Origin: Octopus bimaculoides | Lineage: Eukaryota | Direction: 5' to 3' | DNA length: 64,000 nt | Assembly: GCF_001194135.2 (NCBI RefSeq) | Contig: NC_068983.1 | Location: forward strand, 152,879,918-152,943,917 | Shown here: piece by piece, positions 50,639 through 63,152 of the stretch | Numbering within the stretch: the stretch's first letter is position 1 | How the letters are laid out: every line of letters begins with the position of its first letter | Translations under genes and position numbers: made by a program | Notes under the pieces: generated by a model | Seen by the model: the letters and a program-made list of their open reading frames with translations, nothing else | The model's database searches: none | What the model was told of the DNA's origin: nothing

Positions 50639-52863
50639 TGCCTTGCAATTCTGTTGTGGCACTCGATGCTCCGAGTCCAATGACATCCAAAGTCAACTTA
50701 GCCATTAATTGTTTTCGAATATCTACAAAGAAATACTAATCCAAAAGCACAGCAGGATACCTTGAGGTATTTGCGTTCTGTGGGTTAGACTTAATTCCCT
50801 CTTGATTTAATCCCTACACTCTTTCTTGTTCTTTCTCCGCCACTAGTCTCGGAGGTCGTATGAAGAATGAGGAGTGTTGCTTCTCCCACTTGTTTGAAAA
50901 GGTGAAAAGCATTCTGCCATCTCTGCATTCACTATTTTGAAAATAACTCATTAACGGCTATAATTTTTGTTATGATATGGTTGTAATTCCAGCTGATTAG
51001 ATGTTTTTATATTTTAAATAAAGTGGCTCGACGTATACGAAATTGAATCTTATAGTATATATTTTAATTTCGCAGAACTTGAGCTTAAAAAATATATTAT
51101 AAAAATTGAGTTCAAATTAAAAGTTGCAAGCGTTGGAAAGTTTTAAAATGTCATAAATCACAGCTCAGTCAATAAATTTATTCAATTTAATTAAATGCCA
51201 ACATTAAAACAATTGGTTACGGCATAACTTAAGAAATCTAAGATTCTCGGGTTTATATTCAGTGAACGAAGAACGTTTTCCGTTGTTTTAATTTCTCCTA
51301 TAATGACGGCAAACTTTAGAGAGAAACTGTATACACATGTGACTGAATGACATGATGCGAACGTGGGAGCTGTGCTGTTAGTAATGTAATGTAATACCCT
51401 GCCGATAGATATTATTCACGTGTCCATCTGCAGTGTACTTCAGACGGTTTCCAATTTACCGTTCCGCATAACTCCACGACTGAGTAAGAATTTGATATCT
51501 GTTGTAACTAACGGGAACATTAAAAATTGTTCCCGTTATTTGACGGCATTTACTTTCCTGCAAAATTAACGAGGAAAGCAAACTTGATTTGAACTTATAT
51601 CGTGAAGAACCAGATTAAGTACACAACGAATTGTACCTGACAGTTTAACACTACATATCCAACATTCACCTCCCGTTATATAAAAATTAGAAGTATAAAA
51701 TCTAGTTTATTCGACTAAATAAATGTATTCATCATTTGACAAATAACTTGCTCATTACAACAGAGTGTTTCATTTTCATTTTATGGCTTAAAATATCGCG
51801 TTTAGATATCGAAACCGTATTGCAGCAACGGTTTATAATTTGAGTACTTCTTCCCTTGGAAAGCTTAAGGTATCCAACATTAAAAGCTATCCACCGATTG
51901 ATAACCTATAGCTTTTTCATTTATTCATCTAAGTAGAACCAATCATTGTTGTTCACATACACAAATGCCATCGGTTATATACAAATTGTTAAGTTATTCC
52001 ATGCTGTTTTCTCAGATCTTACCGATATTTAAATCCTAAATATTTTAAGGTATATTTTCGTTTAGAATGAAAATGTTCCATGGACTTAGATACAAAGTAA
52101 TCGATAGTTTTACTCCACTTTAAAAGGATTTGTTTCCTCTTTTGTGCTTAAGGGTATATTTGTACATATGTGGCTACAAAAGTTCTAAGGTTTAACTGCT
52201 AGAGAATTAGCTACATAACCTTTAGATATATGCCGTTATTTCTGTTATCTATTGTCGCATATATTTTAGGATAAGTAACTTTAAAAAGAATTTCCGATCA
52301 TCCAAAGGTACATATCGACCAACCAGTTTTCTATAATTCCTTCGTGATGCATTTGAAATGGATGAAATAAGACTTAGCAAACAAACATATTGAAGATCAT
52401 TCATTGTGTTTCGACAGAGTTTCGTAAAATATAATTCCTAAAAGACTACCAACTTTTGGCAAAATACGAGAAAAAAAATGTTGCATAAAAATGGCATTAC
52501 AATCCAAAAGAAATCAAACCTGAAACAACAAAAAAAAATAATAATAATAATAGGATGTAGTATCTGATCAGAAAAACTGAAGAAAATGCTTCGGGACAAT
52601 TGTCGTGTGTAACGCATAATTCAAGATTATTTGTAAAGTTTCAAATTCAGCGACTTAAATGGAAAAGAAGAGCTATCGGTTTCTAGTAGGGTTAGTACTT
52701 TACTTTTTCTTCAATTTATTTCTGATGGAAAACTAATTAAATATCGTTTGTGAGCAATTACTTTCTTAGATAAAGTATTACTGATCATAAGTAAGAAAAA
52801 AATTCAGGGCATTTCATATTATTGGTAGACGATATTTTTGCAATATTTCTATCTCCTCTAAAG

Positions 52864-53080
52864 ATGGCCAGCTGGCAGAATTGGTAAGCACCTCGGACAC
52901 AATGCTTTGCAGCATTTCACCCCTCTTTCTGCTCTGAGTTCAAATTCCGTCGAAGTCGACTTTGCCTTTCATCATTTAAGGGGGCTATAAAATAAGTACT
53001 GACGGAACACTGCAGTCGATGTCATCGATTTTACCTTTCCACTAAAATAGTAGCCTTGTGCCAAAATTTGAAACTAATAT
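52864..53080 (+). mobile_element. SINE family C
   Basis: GGCCAGCTGGCAGAATTGGTAAGCAC...GAGTTCAAATTCC...GACTTTGCCTTTCATC...ATAAGTACT...GCCTTGTGCCAAAATTTGAAAC. Confidence 0.8.
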
Positions 53081-54810
53081 TTCTATCCCTTCAAAGGTTC
53101 AGTCACCTAGAATGTGATTGACATACTGTGAATATAACTATTCTATTTGGATATATCGTTTCCTGTCTGGACTCAACTAATTTAATGTCTAAAATATAAT
53201 AACGCTTTTAGGCACTAAAAGATCCCCGTTCGAACACAAGCATAGGATACAGTGATATCTAGGAATAAGGCACCTGACGATGATTGAGAACAAACAATTC
53301 TAAAAGTCTTATGTACGTGTATGTGTCTGTGTGTATATGTCAATATTGAAAATATACATACTCAGTATGTAATTAATATTATCGAAAATTGTATTCATAT
53401 TTTAGAGATAAATAAGAATATCAGTCGCAAATTACTTCATTGTTGTTAGTTTCTATATTTAATATTGATATTTTACTATCAGTTTTTATGCTGGGAGTAG
53501 AAATAATGAAATCTGTACTTTGCAACGGTCACTTCATCTTTTTGGCGTTGTGTAAGGAATTGCATCACTGTTTAACACTACAACTTGGTTTATAGAAAGC
53601 AGTAGCGGAATCTGATAATGCGCCAATATTCAGAATCTGGTGTTAACTCAATTATACTTTGCTTCTTTTACTCAGCATTCCTTGAATTATGGTTGGTTTC
53701 CCCTCTTCCACCGCTGCTCTTTTCCACCGACTAAATATCATCAGAGGAAATTATCCCCTGTTCATTGACATTGTCATGTGTCGTATTACTTAGACCAATT
53801 TAAAATAATGGACTTTGAAAAATATAATTCAGAAGCAAACATTCTTCGTGGTGTTTAGTTACGTGTTTTGATCACTCAACATAAAGTCTTGCCTGGGCTA
53901 ACAAAAGTTTTACCAATAAAATAATTATCGGTAGTGTCGCTTCGAAGATTAATAAAACATTAATCTTGACTTACTGTGTGTTGTCTCCCACCAATATGAG
54001 ACATTTCTAATTTTGTTGAAAATCTGGCAGACAATGTTAAACTCAGATGCATGCTGGATAAATTAGGATTTTTAGATGACTCAGCTCCTTTGCTTAAGAT
54101 TACTTAATGTAAATTTTACAGTTGGCTTCCTTCACATTTCCTCCATCGGGTCCTTGTGTCAATATAAGACATTATACATTTATTTATGAGACAAGAACAA
54201 TAAGATTTCGGTCTAGTGAGGTTCGAAGTTTTATCATGATGTAAAAACACAAGCACATATGTGTGTGTGTTTGAGTGTTTGAAATTGTGCATACGTGAGA
54301 ATGTGTGTGTATGTAACTACGGAGTATGACATTTTGTTTCTAATTAATTGTCTGAAGTGTATATTATTGAATCTTTTTATTGGCATTGTCACGAGTTAAA
54401 TGAACCTGAGAAAACAACGAAAGTTAACTGAAAATATTTTCCACTTGTGTTTATAAAAGACCGGCTTGTTTCTCCCAAAGCAATAATTTATATTACTTAT
54501 TACGGTGCAAACGAAAGACTATTCCTTTACAGGCTGAAAAATTACGTATAATATATTTTTTCCTGTTTGTACTTCACGCAAAAAAAATATATAGATCTGT
54601 ACATCAATGTGGAAAAATATTTGCTGGATGTATCCTCAACAACAAACTAGCAATTTACTTATAACTCTTCTTACGAGAGGTAAAACGTATACCTTGTGGT
54701 TTTAAAATGAATCTATGACACCCACAATAACTAAAGTCATAATAATTTATACCAAAAGCTTAATTCGGCTCTAAAATATGCTAGTCAATATACTACCATC
54801 TCGGGTGACT

Positions 54811-54986
54811 AATATTGCTTTGAATTTTGGCACATGGCCAGCAATCCAGAGAGGAGAGATACTTATTTTATCGACCCAGAATGCATAAAAGGTAAAGTTG
54901 ACCTCGGCGGTATTTGAACTCAGAAGGCAGACACAATGCCGTTCATCAGTTGGCTTGGCGTGTTAAACATTCTGCCAGCTCCCTCC
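54811..54986 (-). mobile_element. SINE family C, internally deleted
   Basis: Reverse-complement match to 52864-53080 (TTCTGCCAGCTC head, TTTGAACTCAGAA B box). Confidence 0.7.
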
Positions 54987-55336
54987 TTCATCGGGTTCTT
55001 AATATTTACGTTTCAAAAGTCCTTAGAGTGATTTAGTGTATGTTTTTATTACAAGTTACTCATTACTTTCTGTCTTCACTAGATTACTGACAAATTGCGT
55101 ACCCTATGCATTTCTCTTCTGTGAGAGTTTACATTTCACTTCTATAACTACATTTTGATTATATAAATTTCAACAAATACAATTAAAATAGAATGATCGT
55201 CGAAACTTGAGAGATTCCGTTATCCAGAGTGTAAATGTGTATTATCCTGAGGCAATAGAAGATTTGATAGTAGCACACCCACCATAATCACATACATACA
55301 TAAATACATGCAAATCTAGGTACACGCACAAACACA

Positions 55337-55557
55337 AATATTTGTTTCAATTTGTGACACAAACTCAGCAGTTGCGGGGAAAGGGCTAAGCCGATTAAAT
55401 CGACCCCAGTGCTCAAATGGTACGTAATTTATCGATTTCGAAATGATGAAAGACAAAAAAAGACCTCGGCGGAAATTGAATTTAGAATGTAGAGACTGTC
55501 GAAATGCCACGAAGCATTTCGCCCTGCGTGCTAACGTTCCTGCTAGCTCACTGCCTT
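55337..55557 (-). mobile_element. SINE family C
   Basis: Reverse-complement match to 52864-53080 (ATCGACCCCAGTG, GACCTCGGCGGAA, GCTAACG, GCTAGCTCACTGCC). Confidence 0.75.
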
Positions 55558-55825
55558 GTACAAAATCTTTCACGATGCGTCAGATATAATAAGGCGTTAT
55601 CTATTTCACATGTCTCTATTTTGCGTGTAACCACTAATTCCCATCAACTTAAATTCTGTCATTCAGTATTTCCTGGTCAATAGAATTATACTGATTCAGT
55701 GTGGTATTTGACAGAGCAATTACAACGTCGAACGTGTTTTGCGATATCTTTGCCTTCTGCTCACCAACATCTACGTTGATACTAGTTCCAATTTGTACCC
55801 ACCTTTTCTTTCTTTGTACATCCAT

Positions 55826-55934
55826 GCGGACTCGCGGTCATAGGATCACGGTTTCGATTCCCAGTCCGGGCGTTGNNNNNNNNNNTCGGATCACCTGGAA
55901 CCCTCGACGTCTTAAGCGACGGAGTGCCAACAAC
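55826..55934 (+). mobile_element. SINE family B, middle collapsed in a 10-N gap
   Basis: A head fragment (GCGGACTCGCGGTCATAGG...GTTTCGATTCCCAG) and the tail (TCGGATCA...AAGCGACGGAGTGCCAACAAC) lie on either side of the Ns. Confidence 0.8.
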
Positions 55935-56441
55935 ATCATTTGCATGTAGCAGGGATACTTGCATTTATGGACAACTCGCATGCTTGTATTTCTTAAGAGA
56001 AGAAGCCTTATGCAAATAGGAACCTCCGAGAGAAATCTCTGCTTCGCAATGATCAAAGGTAGTTCTAGATAAGTTGAATTTGTTTGCGTCAGGTTAAAAC
56101 GCAACTTGATGAGAATTAGTGCCAAATGTGTTGAAAAAATATATATTCCATAGAAAATTTTTTCTATACAAGTTAATTCTCTACAGATTATTTACTGAGA
56201 AAAAAATGTAAAAGAATATATATATTTGTATTCATAGGGTTCTCCCTGCAGCAATCCTATCAATGCACACATTTAAAATATAGAGGTCTGTGAATAGAAA
56301 ATAACTCGCTATTATTCTTTATTGTTAGTAAGTTAACGAGTAATTTCATATTTAGTTCATTTCTTGTTGGCTGTATGTGAAGACTAGCGAGAGAAAATAA
56401 CTGCATAGAATTGCAGATATTTCCTGTTTGATGTAGGTAAC

Positions 56442-57097
56442 GGATCTATTTTAAAACGGGGGCGCCAGTTTTCATTTATGTTTTATGTAGTGTTTTTGGT
56501 ACGGAAAGACTTTCAAACTTCGTATACTTATCTATTTTGTGTTATAGAACAGAAAAATATTTTTGTATTCGAATTTATTTCATGTAAAAAATTGTCTTAT
56601 TTCGATAATTTCTACTAATCACTGACGTCTATTCAGTTGAAAACAGTTAGCGCTGTAACGGTGTATATCGTATTAATACCCTAACCCTAACTAGACTGTT
56701 AACCGTAACCGTAACCCTAACCCTAAAACTAACCCTAACTCTAGAATCCGAACTCTAAATTTGTTACACACATAGATACGAACAGCGTAATTTATTATAT
56801 AAACAATATATGCGTATAAATTACGATTAAACCGGATGAAATATGTCACAGGGAAAAACATTTTTATGACCGCCCAGCAGTAACTCTATTGTGCTGAATA
56901 GACGTCAGTGATTGGTTGAAATTACAGAAATACGACAACTTTAGCATGGAATAACTTGCGAATTCCTTTTTTTTTGTTAAGAAGACTAAGAGTAAAAGAT
57001 GTTTTATATGACACATTCTACCAGTGTCCCAAGTTTCAAAGTGTTTCGTTAGTGTTTCGTTAAGAAAATACTGGCGCCCCCGTTTTAAAATAGATCC
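56442..57097 (+). mobile_element. Merlin-like MITE, complete, with internal telomere-like repeats
   Basis: Perfect 28-bp TIR GGATCTATTTTAAAACGGGGGCGCCAGT and perfect 8-bp TSD TAGGTAAC at 56434-56441 and 57098-57105. A 5'-GG end with an 8-bp TSD is the Merlin pattern; the superfamily call is inference. Confidence 0.88.
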
Positions 57098-57379
57098 TAG
57101 GTAACTAAAATTTTACACATTTATTTATTTCCATTTTTTTTGTTTAGCATATCAGGAGAGAAATTGGTTTGGATATATTTTTGTAGCAGACGTTGAGGTT
57201 TTCTGCTAATGGAAGTTACGTGTTCAGATACAGATCAACTGCATATTAACTCATGGCTTATATCTCACACTTTTATTGCTCATATCGTTTATATACTCTG
57301 AGAACAAACACACACACATACACACACACACACATACATACACACATACATAATACATACATACATACATACATACATG

Positions 57380-59033
57380 ATAATGGTGGCTGCCCCCTCG
57401 TTATCGAGTATGGCCATTGCATGAGGCTTAACTGTTAACGATGCTATGATGGAAAGTGACTTTTTAGCCAAGCTAAAGATCTACAATGTCCCGTACAGAA
57501 ATGGCATCCAAAACCTTTACTGGCAATAGCTGGCTGTTGTTGTAATTGGGCTTCACGTACCTTTGCATGTCGTTTAAGTCCTCCCGCCAAATCACACTCC
57601 CTTCTACATGCCTGACAAATATGATTAATATGGTGTGTAGCACCACCACCAGCGGCCTGGTTGTCAATCATCGGTCTCGCTTTATGACTACGAAGATAAT
57701 TCTTGAGCCCAGTTTAACCGAGGCAGGTTCTTGCACAGACACTGCATGTCAGCGTCATAGGAAAACCCTTACCATCTGGAAGTGCAACAGCGATGCCCTT
57801 CCTGACATCCCTCCTTACATTCTCATGCGCAACTCGAGATTTCTAAAACTAGCTGTCCCCTCCTATACAATCCTTCTCCACCTGCTACGGTCAATAGCTA
57901 TGCCCCCTCCATGTGTCAGGAGGGGTGTTAGCATCTATCAAGGAAGCCTTCAGCAAGTCTTTATACCTCTTTTTTGGATTATGTGGACGTCGCTCTCCTT
58001 TAGCTAATTCTGCATAAAAATGTTGTTTTGTCATCCTTGAGCCTTTGCTTCATGACAAAAACTTCTATACTTTCACACTGAGAGCTTTCCAATATCTCAA
58101 GATCACTGATGCAGTCCCCCCACTTAATGCCATAGATCCGTCTGAGACATATCTGATGGAAACGTGGTATCAATATGTGACCCAGGTCTCGCAGGCATAA
58201 AGACGAGATGAGAGCACACACGCCTAGTACACCTTTATCTTTGTCTTCCTGCATATGTCTCACCGATTCTAGAGGCGCCTTTCTAGCTTTCCGAAAGCAT
58301 CACTTGCTTTCCTAATTCTGTATGGAATCTCATTATCCAAATTGCTATGTCTATTAACAGTGCTGCCCAGGTAAACAAACTGATCAACTACACCATGTCG
58401 TTTACCATACACATAGTTATTTAGTTCACTATACTGCTTACCAAGGGTATATTGGTACATGACAAGAGATTTATTGAGACTAACTGTCAATCCTCAGGCA
58501 GTGCAAGCATCAGAGATTGCATTCAAAATGTGTTGCATATCCATCTCTGTGCGCTAATAGATCACAATCATCTGCATACAAAAGGCCTCCTATGATAGAG
58601 GTAAATAACTTTGATTTTGCAGCAAAGCGCCTGATATTAAATATGCTGCCAGAGGTTCGATAATAGATGTAAACACCATATCTGCAGCTTCTGAACGCTA
58701 TACAGAAAACCATCGCAAGGTCGGTGCCAGAATATCCTCCTGTTTCAGACTATTTTGTATTGAGATGTGCTCCGACTTTTTACTTCTAACATTAACCCTA
58801 CCTTTCATGTCTTCATGAAAAGACCTAATCAAAGCAAGGAACTTTTCAGGACAACCACGTTTCTGGAGGACTTTCCACTGCGCATTTCTATTAACGGTAT
58901 CAAAGGCTTTTGTCAGATCGACAAAAACCTCATATAAATCCAGACCCTGTTCTACACACTTCTCCTGAAGCTGTCTAGATGAGATCACATCAGCAGTGCC
59001 ACGCCGCACACTAAATCCATATTGACTTTCTGG
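57380..59033 (-). mobile_element. RTE-clade (BovB-like) LINE, 5'-truncated, RT to 3' end
   Basis: Motifs [56 protein letters not shown] and RFHQICLRRI. C-terminal C2H2-like fingers are followed by a 3' UTR and a (TATG)n/(TG)n tail. Confidence 0.92.
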
Positions 59034-59560
59034 CTTACAATCAGAAAACAGAAGGGTTTATTATAGCAGCCTTAGATCAATACCTATCTATAAGGAACTA
59101 CCATGCCAACATATCAAAGAACAGCAGCTCCCCAATCTGTTGTGGATGTCAACAACAAAACGAGGCTATTGATCATTTTGTATCCACGTGTAGTTTCCTT
59201 GTGCCTACAGAGTATCTCAACGGGCAAGATAGAAGTGCACAATATATTCACTGAGTAATTTGCAAAAAATCTGGACTTGGCTCACGTAAGAACTAGTGAG
59301 AACCACCTCCAGTGCTTGAAAATGATCATATCACACTCCTCTGGAACTTTACCATTCAAACTGACAGAAAGATAGATGCAAACAGGCCAGACATCATATT
59401 GAAAGACTTCAGACAAAAATCATACCTTCTCATTGATACAAATGTCCAAATCGATATAAATGTATCTGTCAAGAACTACCAAAGACTGAGCAAGTATAAA
59501 GATCTTGAAATATAAATTAGAAAAATGTGGAACCTGAAGACTAAAACAATACCTGTTGTC
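59028..59560 (+). mobile_element. R4/Dong-like LINE fragment (CCHC plus RLE)
   Basis: Reads SGLQSE...GFIIAALDQ...LWNFTIQTDRKIDANRPDIILKD...LID...KYKDLEI...KMWNLKTKTIPVVI. It runs into (ATT)n/(GTT)n. Confidence 0.9.
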
Positions 59561-59561
59561 A

Positions 59562-59615
<54 letters not shown>

Positions 59616-59699
59616 GATTGTTGTTGTTGTTGTTGTTGTTATTGTTGTTGTTTTTATTATCATATGGAAAAACAGGTTATTTTGCTGAGTATGATGGAA

Positions 59700-60170
59700 A
59701 GTATCATCTTTCCACAGCCAGTAGACTAAGTTGACACTTGTTTACTGATCATGCTTCAATAACCCTGTGAAGAATTGTTGCATTCCTAAGCAATGCTGTG
59801 TTATGTAGGTGTTCTATCTTCACACTTGCACCAATCTTTTTCAGCCATGTTGGTAGTTGAGTGCTGATACTTCCAAGTACACCAATTACTATTGGAATCA
59901 CTTCTAGTCTCTACAGTGACCACAACCTTCGTATTTCCGATTTTAAATCGTCACAGTTATTTATTTTTGACATGAGAACAGAGCAAACCCCAATAACTGC
60001 TCTGCTTAGGACAGCTAGGCTATTGAAATTGATAGTTGGATGTTGAATGTCTCCCACGATAATTAGCAACCAAGTATCAAAGCATATAATGTGCGAAAGA
60101 AGCTTATAATGTGCAGAATCTACCAGAACAAACAGGCCTGGGTGTTCTGAGAAGTGAAACAATGATAACT
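59700..60170 (-). mobile_element. R4/Dong-like LINE C-terminus
   Basis: Reads PGLFVLVD...DLKSEIRRLWSL...VIPIVIGVLGSISTQLPTWLKKIG...LHNTALL...ILHRVIEA*. Confidence 0.75.
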
Positions 60171-60230
60171 AAAACATCATCATCAACAAAAACAACAACA
60201 CCACCACCACCAACAACAACAAATATAATA

Positions 60231-61610
60231 GCATAAGAGCACGCATTAAGGACTAATTGGATAAAAGCCAAAATAGACAAAAACCAGGTAGATTCCCCAA
60301 AGTAGATTATGCAAATCTAAGAGGAAACCGTTACTCATAGTGCGTGAATGTAGCATGTTGGCACAGAATGAATACAAAAAGACATATAACAATCTAAAGA
60401 GAAAGCAATGCACTGCGAACTTTATAGAGAGAGGGATTTGAACATGCTGATAAATGGTATGAACATGAACCCATTAAGGTACTAGAAAGTAAGAAATACA
60501 AGATGTTGCGGGTCTCTAACATTCAGACTGACAGAGTAATAGAAGCTAGAAGGGATCTTGTTCAAAACAGGGGCACCAGTATTTTCTTAACGAAACACTT
60601 TGAAACTTGGGACACTGGTAGAATGTGTCATATAAAACATCTTTTTCTCTTAGTCTTCTTAACAAAAAAACGTACATCGCAAGTTATTTCATGTTAAAGT
60701 TGTCGTATTTCTGTAATTTCAACCAATGACTTACGTCCATTCAGCCGTAAAAATTAAGTGCTGACTACGTAAACAAACGATTCGCGGCGGTGATAAAATT
60801 AATATTTCCTTGTTAAAAAATGGCTGAAGCATATTGGCAGTAGCTAATAAACCTTTCTATTATAGGCACAAGGCATGGTTTTTGAGGGAAGGAGCAAGTC
60901 AATTAGGGTTAGGGTTAGGGTTAGGGAAAACGAACACACGTGTGTTGCCTCTGCAAAATGTCAGAAGTCATGGAGATTAAATACGCTTTACACCGCTTAA
61001 AGTGCCAAAGGAGTAAGTGTAAACAGCTGAATACTTGTCAGTGATTGGTTGAAATTATCGAAATAAGACAATTTTTTACATGAAATAAATCCTAATACAA
61101 AATTTTTTTGTGTTCTATTACACAAAATAGATAAGTATACGAAGTTTGAAAGTCTTTCGGTAGCAAAAACACTACATAAAACATAAATGAAAACTGGTGC
61201 CCCCGTTTTGAACAAGATCCACTAGAAGGCCTGATTTGGAAGCATTAGATAGAGAGAATAGAAAGTACTAGATAATTGACTTTACAGTCACGGATGATTA
61301 AAAAATTTATATGAAAAGTATAAAAGAATAGCAAAGTATCAGGACCTAGCTATTGAATTACATAGACTATGGAAAGTGCAGGTAAAATGTATCCCAGTAG
61401 TTATAAGTGCATTAGAAATTATCCCTATAAATCTGAGCAGATGGAAAGAGTAAATTTGCATAAAACGCAGTTTAGTACAGCTGCAGAAAACTGTTAATCG
61501 GGACAGCTAGGATACTTAGGAGGGTTCTTGGTATCTAAGGCTACTTGTAGTCCGATATTAGGATTCTTTCTGTTCCAACAGTCTAATCTGTTAAGTGTAT
61601 GTAAATAATA
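60231..61610 (+). mobile_element. R4/Dong-like LINE 3' portion interrupted by a MITE
   Basis: Reads LRTNWIKAKID...ECSMLAQNEYK...KWYEHEP...IQTDRVIEARR, then the MITE, then PDL...IIDF...KYQDLAIE...CIPVVI...LQK...TARILRRVL. Ends in an (AAT/GAT)n tail. Confidence 0.88.
60553..61220 (-). mobile_element. Merlin-like MITE, complete, second subfamily
   Basis: TIRs GGATCTTGTTCAAAACAGGGGCACCAGT and ACTGGTGCCCCCGTTTTGAACAAGATCC. TSD GCTAGAAG/ACTAGAAG at 60545-60552 and 61221-61228. Reverse-orientation homologue of 56442-57097 with (TTAGGG)4 at 60903-60926. Confidence 0.88.
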
Positions 61611-62116
61611 ATGATGATGATGATGATGATAATAATAATAATAATAATAATAATACTATGTGTATGTGTGAGCGTATATACTCTCATACATATGTATGTC
61701 TTTATGTATTAGTTGGAGAAAAAATATTAAATTGAAATTGAAATACATATAAAACATGAAGGCAGTAAAACTTAAAAATATAATGAAAATAAAAATCTTG
61801 AAAACCATCAGCACAATTACCAAAGGAAGAAAAAATGCGTAAAATTGAAAATATTTCGGTGTTGTTTTATCAGTTCCAACTTACATAATACATTAAAATA
61901 TAGAGACCAAAAAATGAAATGAATGTAATAAATGAGAAATCAATAAATGGTATTTAATAGTATCATTTCACAAACTCGAGAGTAAATTTTTGAGTGGTGC
62001 TTAGAATTACACGAAATTCATTTGGGTGACACATCGTAGAAAATATCAGAGCGCATGCGCACGCATTCAAGCAAACAGTAACATATCGTGACAGAACGAA
62101 TAAAAAGGATAGTGAG

Positions 62117-62504
62117 TGGAGGCGTAATGGCCCAGTGGTTGGGGCAGCGGACTCGCTGTCATAGGATTGCGGTTTCGATTTTCAGACCGGGGTTTGTAAG
62201 TTGTTATTGAGCAAAAACACTTAAAGCTCCAGAAGGCCCCGGCAGGGGGTTGTGACAAACTTTGCTGTACTTTTTCAACACAACCTTCTCTCACTCTTTC
62301 TTCCTGTTTCTGTTGTACCTGTATTTCAAAGAGCCAGCCTTGTCGCACACTGTGTCACGCTAAATCTCTCCGAGATCTACGTTAAGTCTACACATGACAG
62401 TGGACTGCTCTGCCACTTGCACGTTAATTTTAACGAGCAGGCTGTTCCGTTGAATGGATCAATTGGAACCCTCGTCGTCGTAACCGAAGAAGTGCCGTAA
62501 TAGT
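62117..62504 (+). mobile_element. SINE family B
   Basis: Full head with B box GTTTCGATT and a body homologous to 16786-17152. Probable 14-bp TSD AAAAGG(A/C)T(A/C)GTGAG at 62103-62116 and 62505-62518. Confidence 0.9.
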
Positions 62505-62774
62505 AAAAGGCTCGTGAGATGCATCGAGGGGAAAATAGAAAAATAAAGAGAGTGAGAGAAAATGAGAAGGAGAGAGAGATGGCAGCGGGAGAGAAAAGGG
62601 GAGCAATAGGAAGATTGAAGAACAGAAATGAAAGTAGAATACGAATTTTAAAGAGAGAAGCAGAAAAAAATTATCGGAGTCATTCTGATTTAAATCAAAT
62701 TCATGCAGCCTTCAATTTTGTATCTTCGAACGATGATTATTAAAATTTATGTTTGCCTCTCTCTCCCTCAGTAC

Positions 62775-62831
<57 letters not shown>

Positions 62832-62856
62832 CGCATGTTTGTGAGTGTCATATATA

Positions 62857-63082
62857 CAGGGTGGCCCAAAAGTAGGTTTACAGATATTCATCTATTTCGC
62901 ATTCGTATATTAACAGTTTAGATATTAATTATAAATAATCTTAATTATAAATGAAATACGAAACCATTATTCTATGCTAATTTAGTTAATTGTAAGATAC
63001 AAATTTAAATGTGTGATAAAATGTTTTAAAAGAAATTGAAGTGTCTACGTGATAGCTGTAAACCTACATTTGGTCCACCCTA
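62857..63082. mobile_element. Tc1/mariner-type MITE
   Basis: 27-bp TIRs CAGGGTGGCCCAAAAGTAGGTTTACAG and CTGTAAACCTACATTTGGTCCACCCTA (3 mismatches), flanked by TA. Confidence 0.85.
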
Positions 63083-63106
63083 TACACACACACACACACA
63101 CACACG

Positions 63107-63152
<46 letters not shown>

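Noticed and set aside
56679-56740. True telomere or chromosome fusion site
   Set aside because: The repeats are short, degenerate and internal to a TIR/TSD-bounded MITE.
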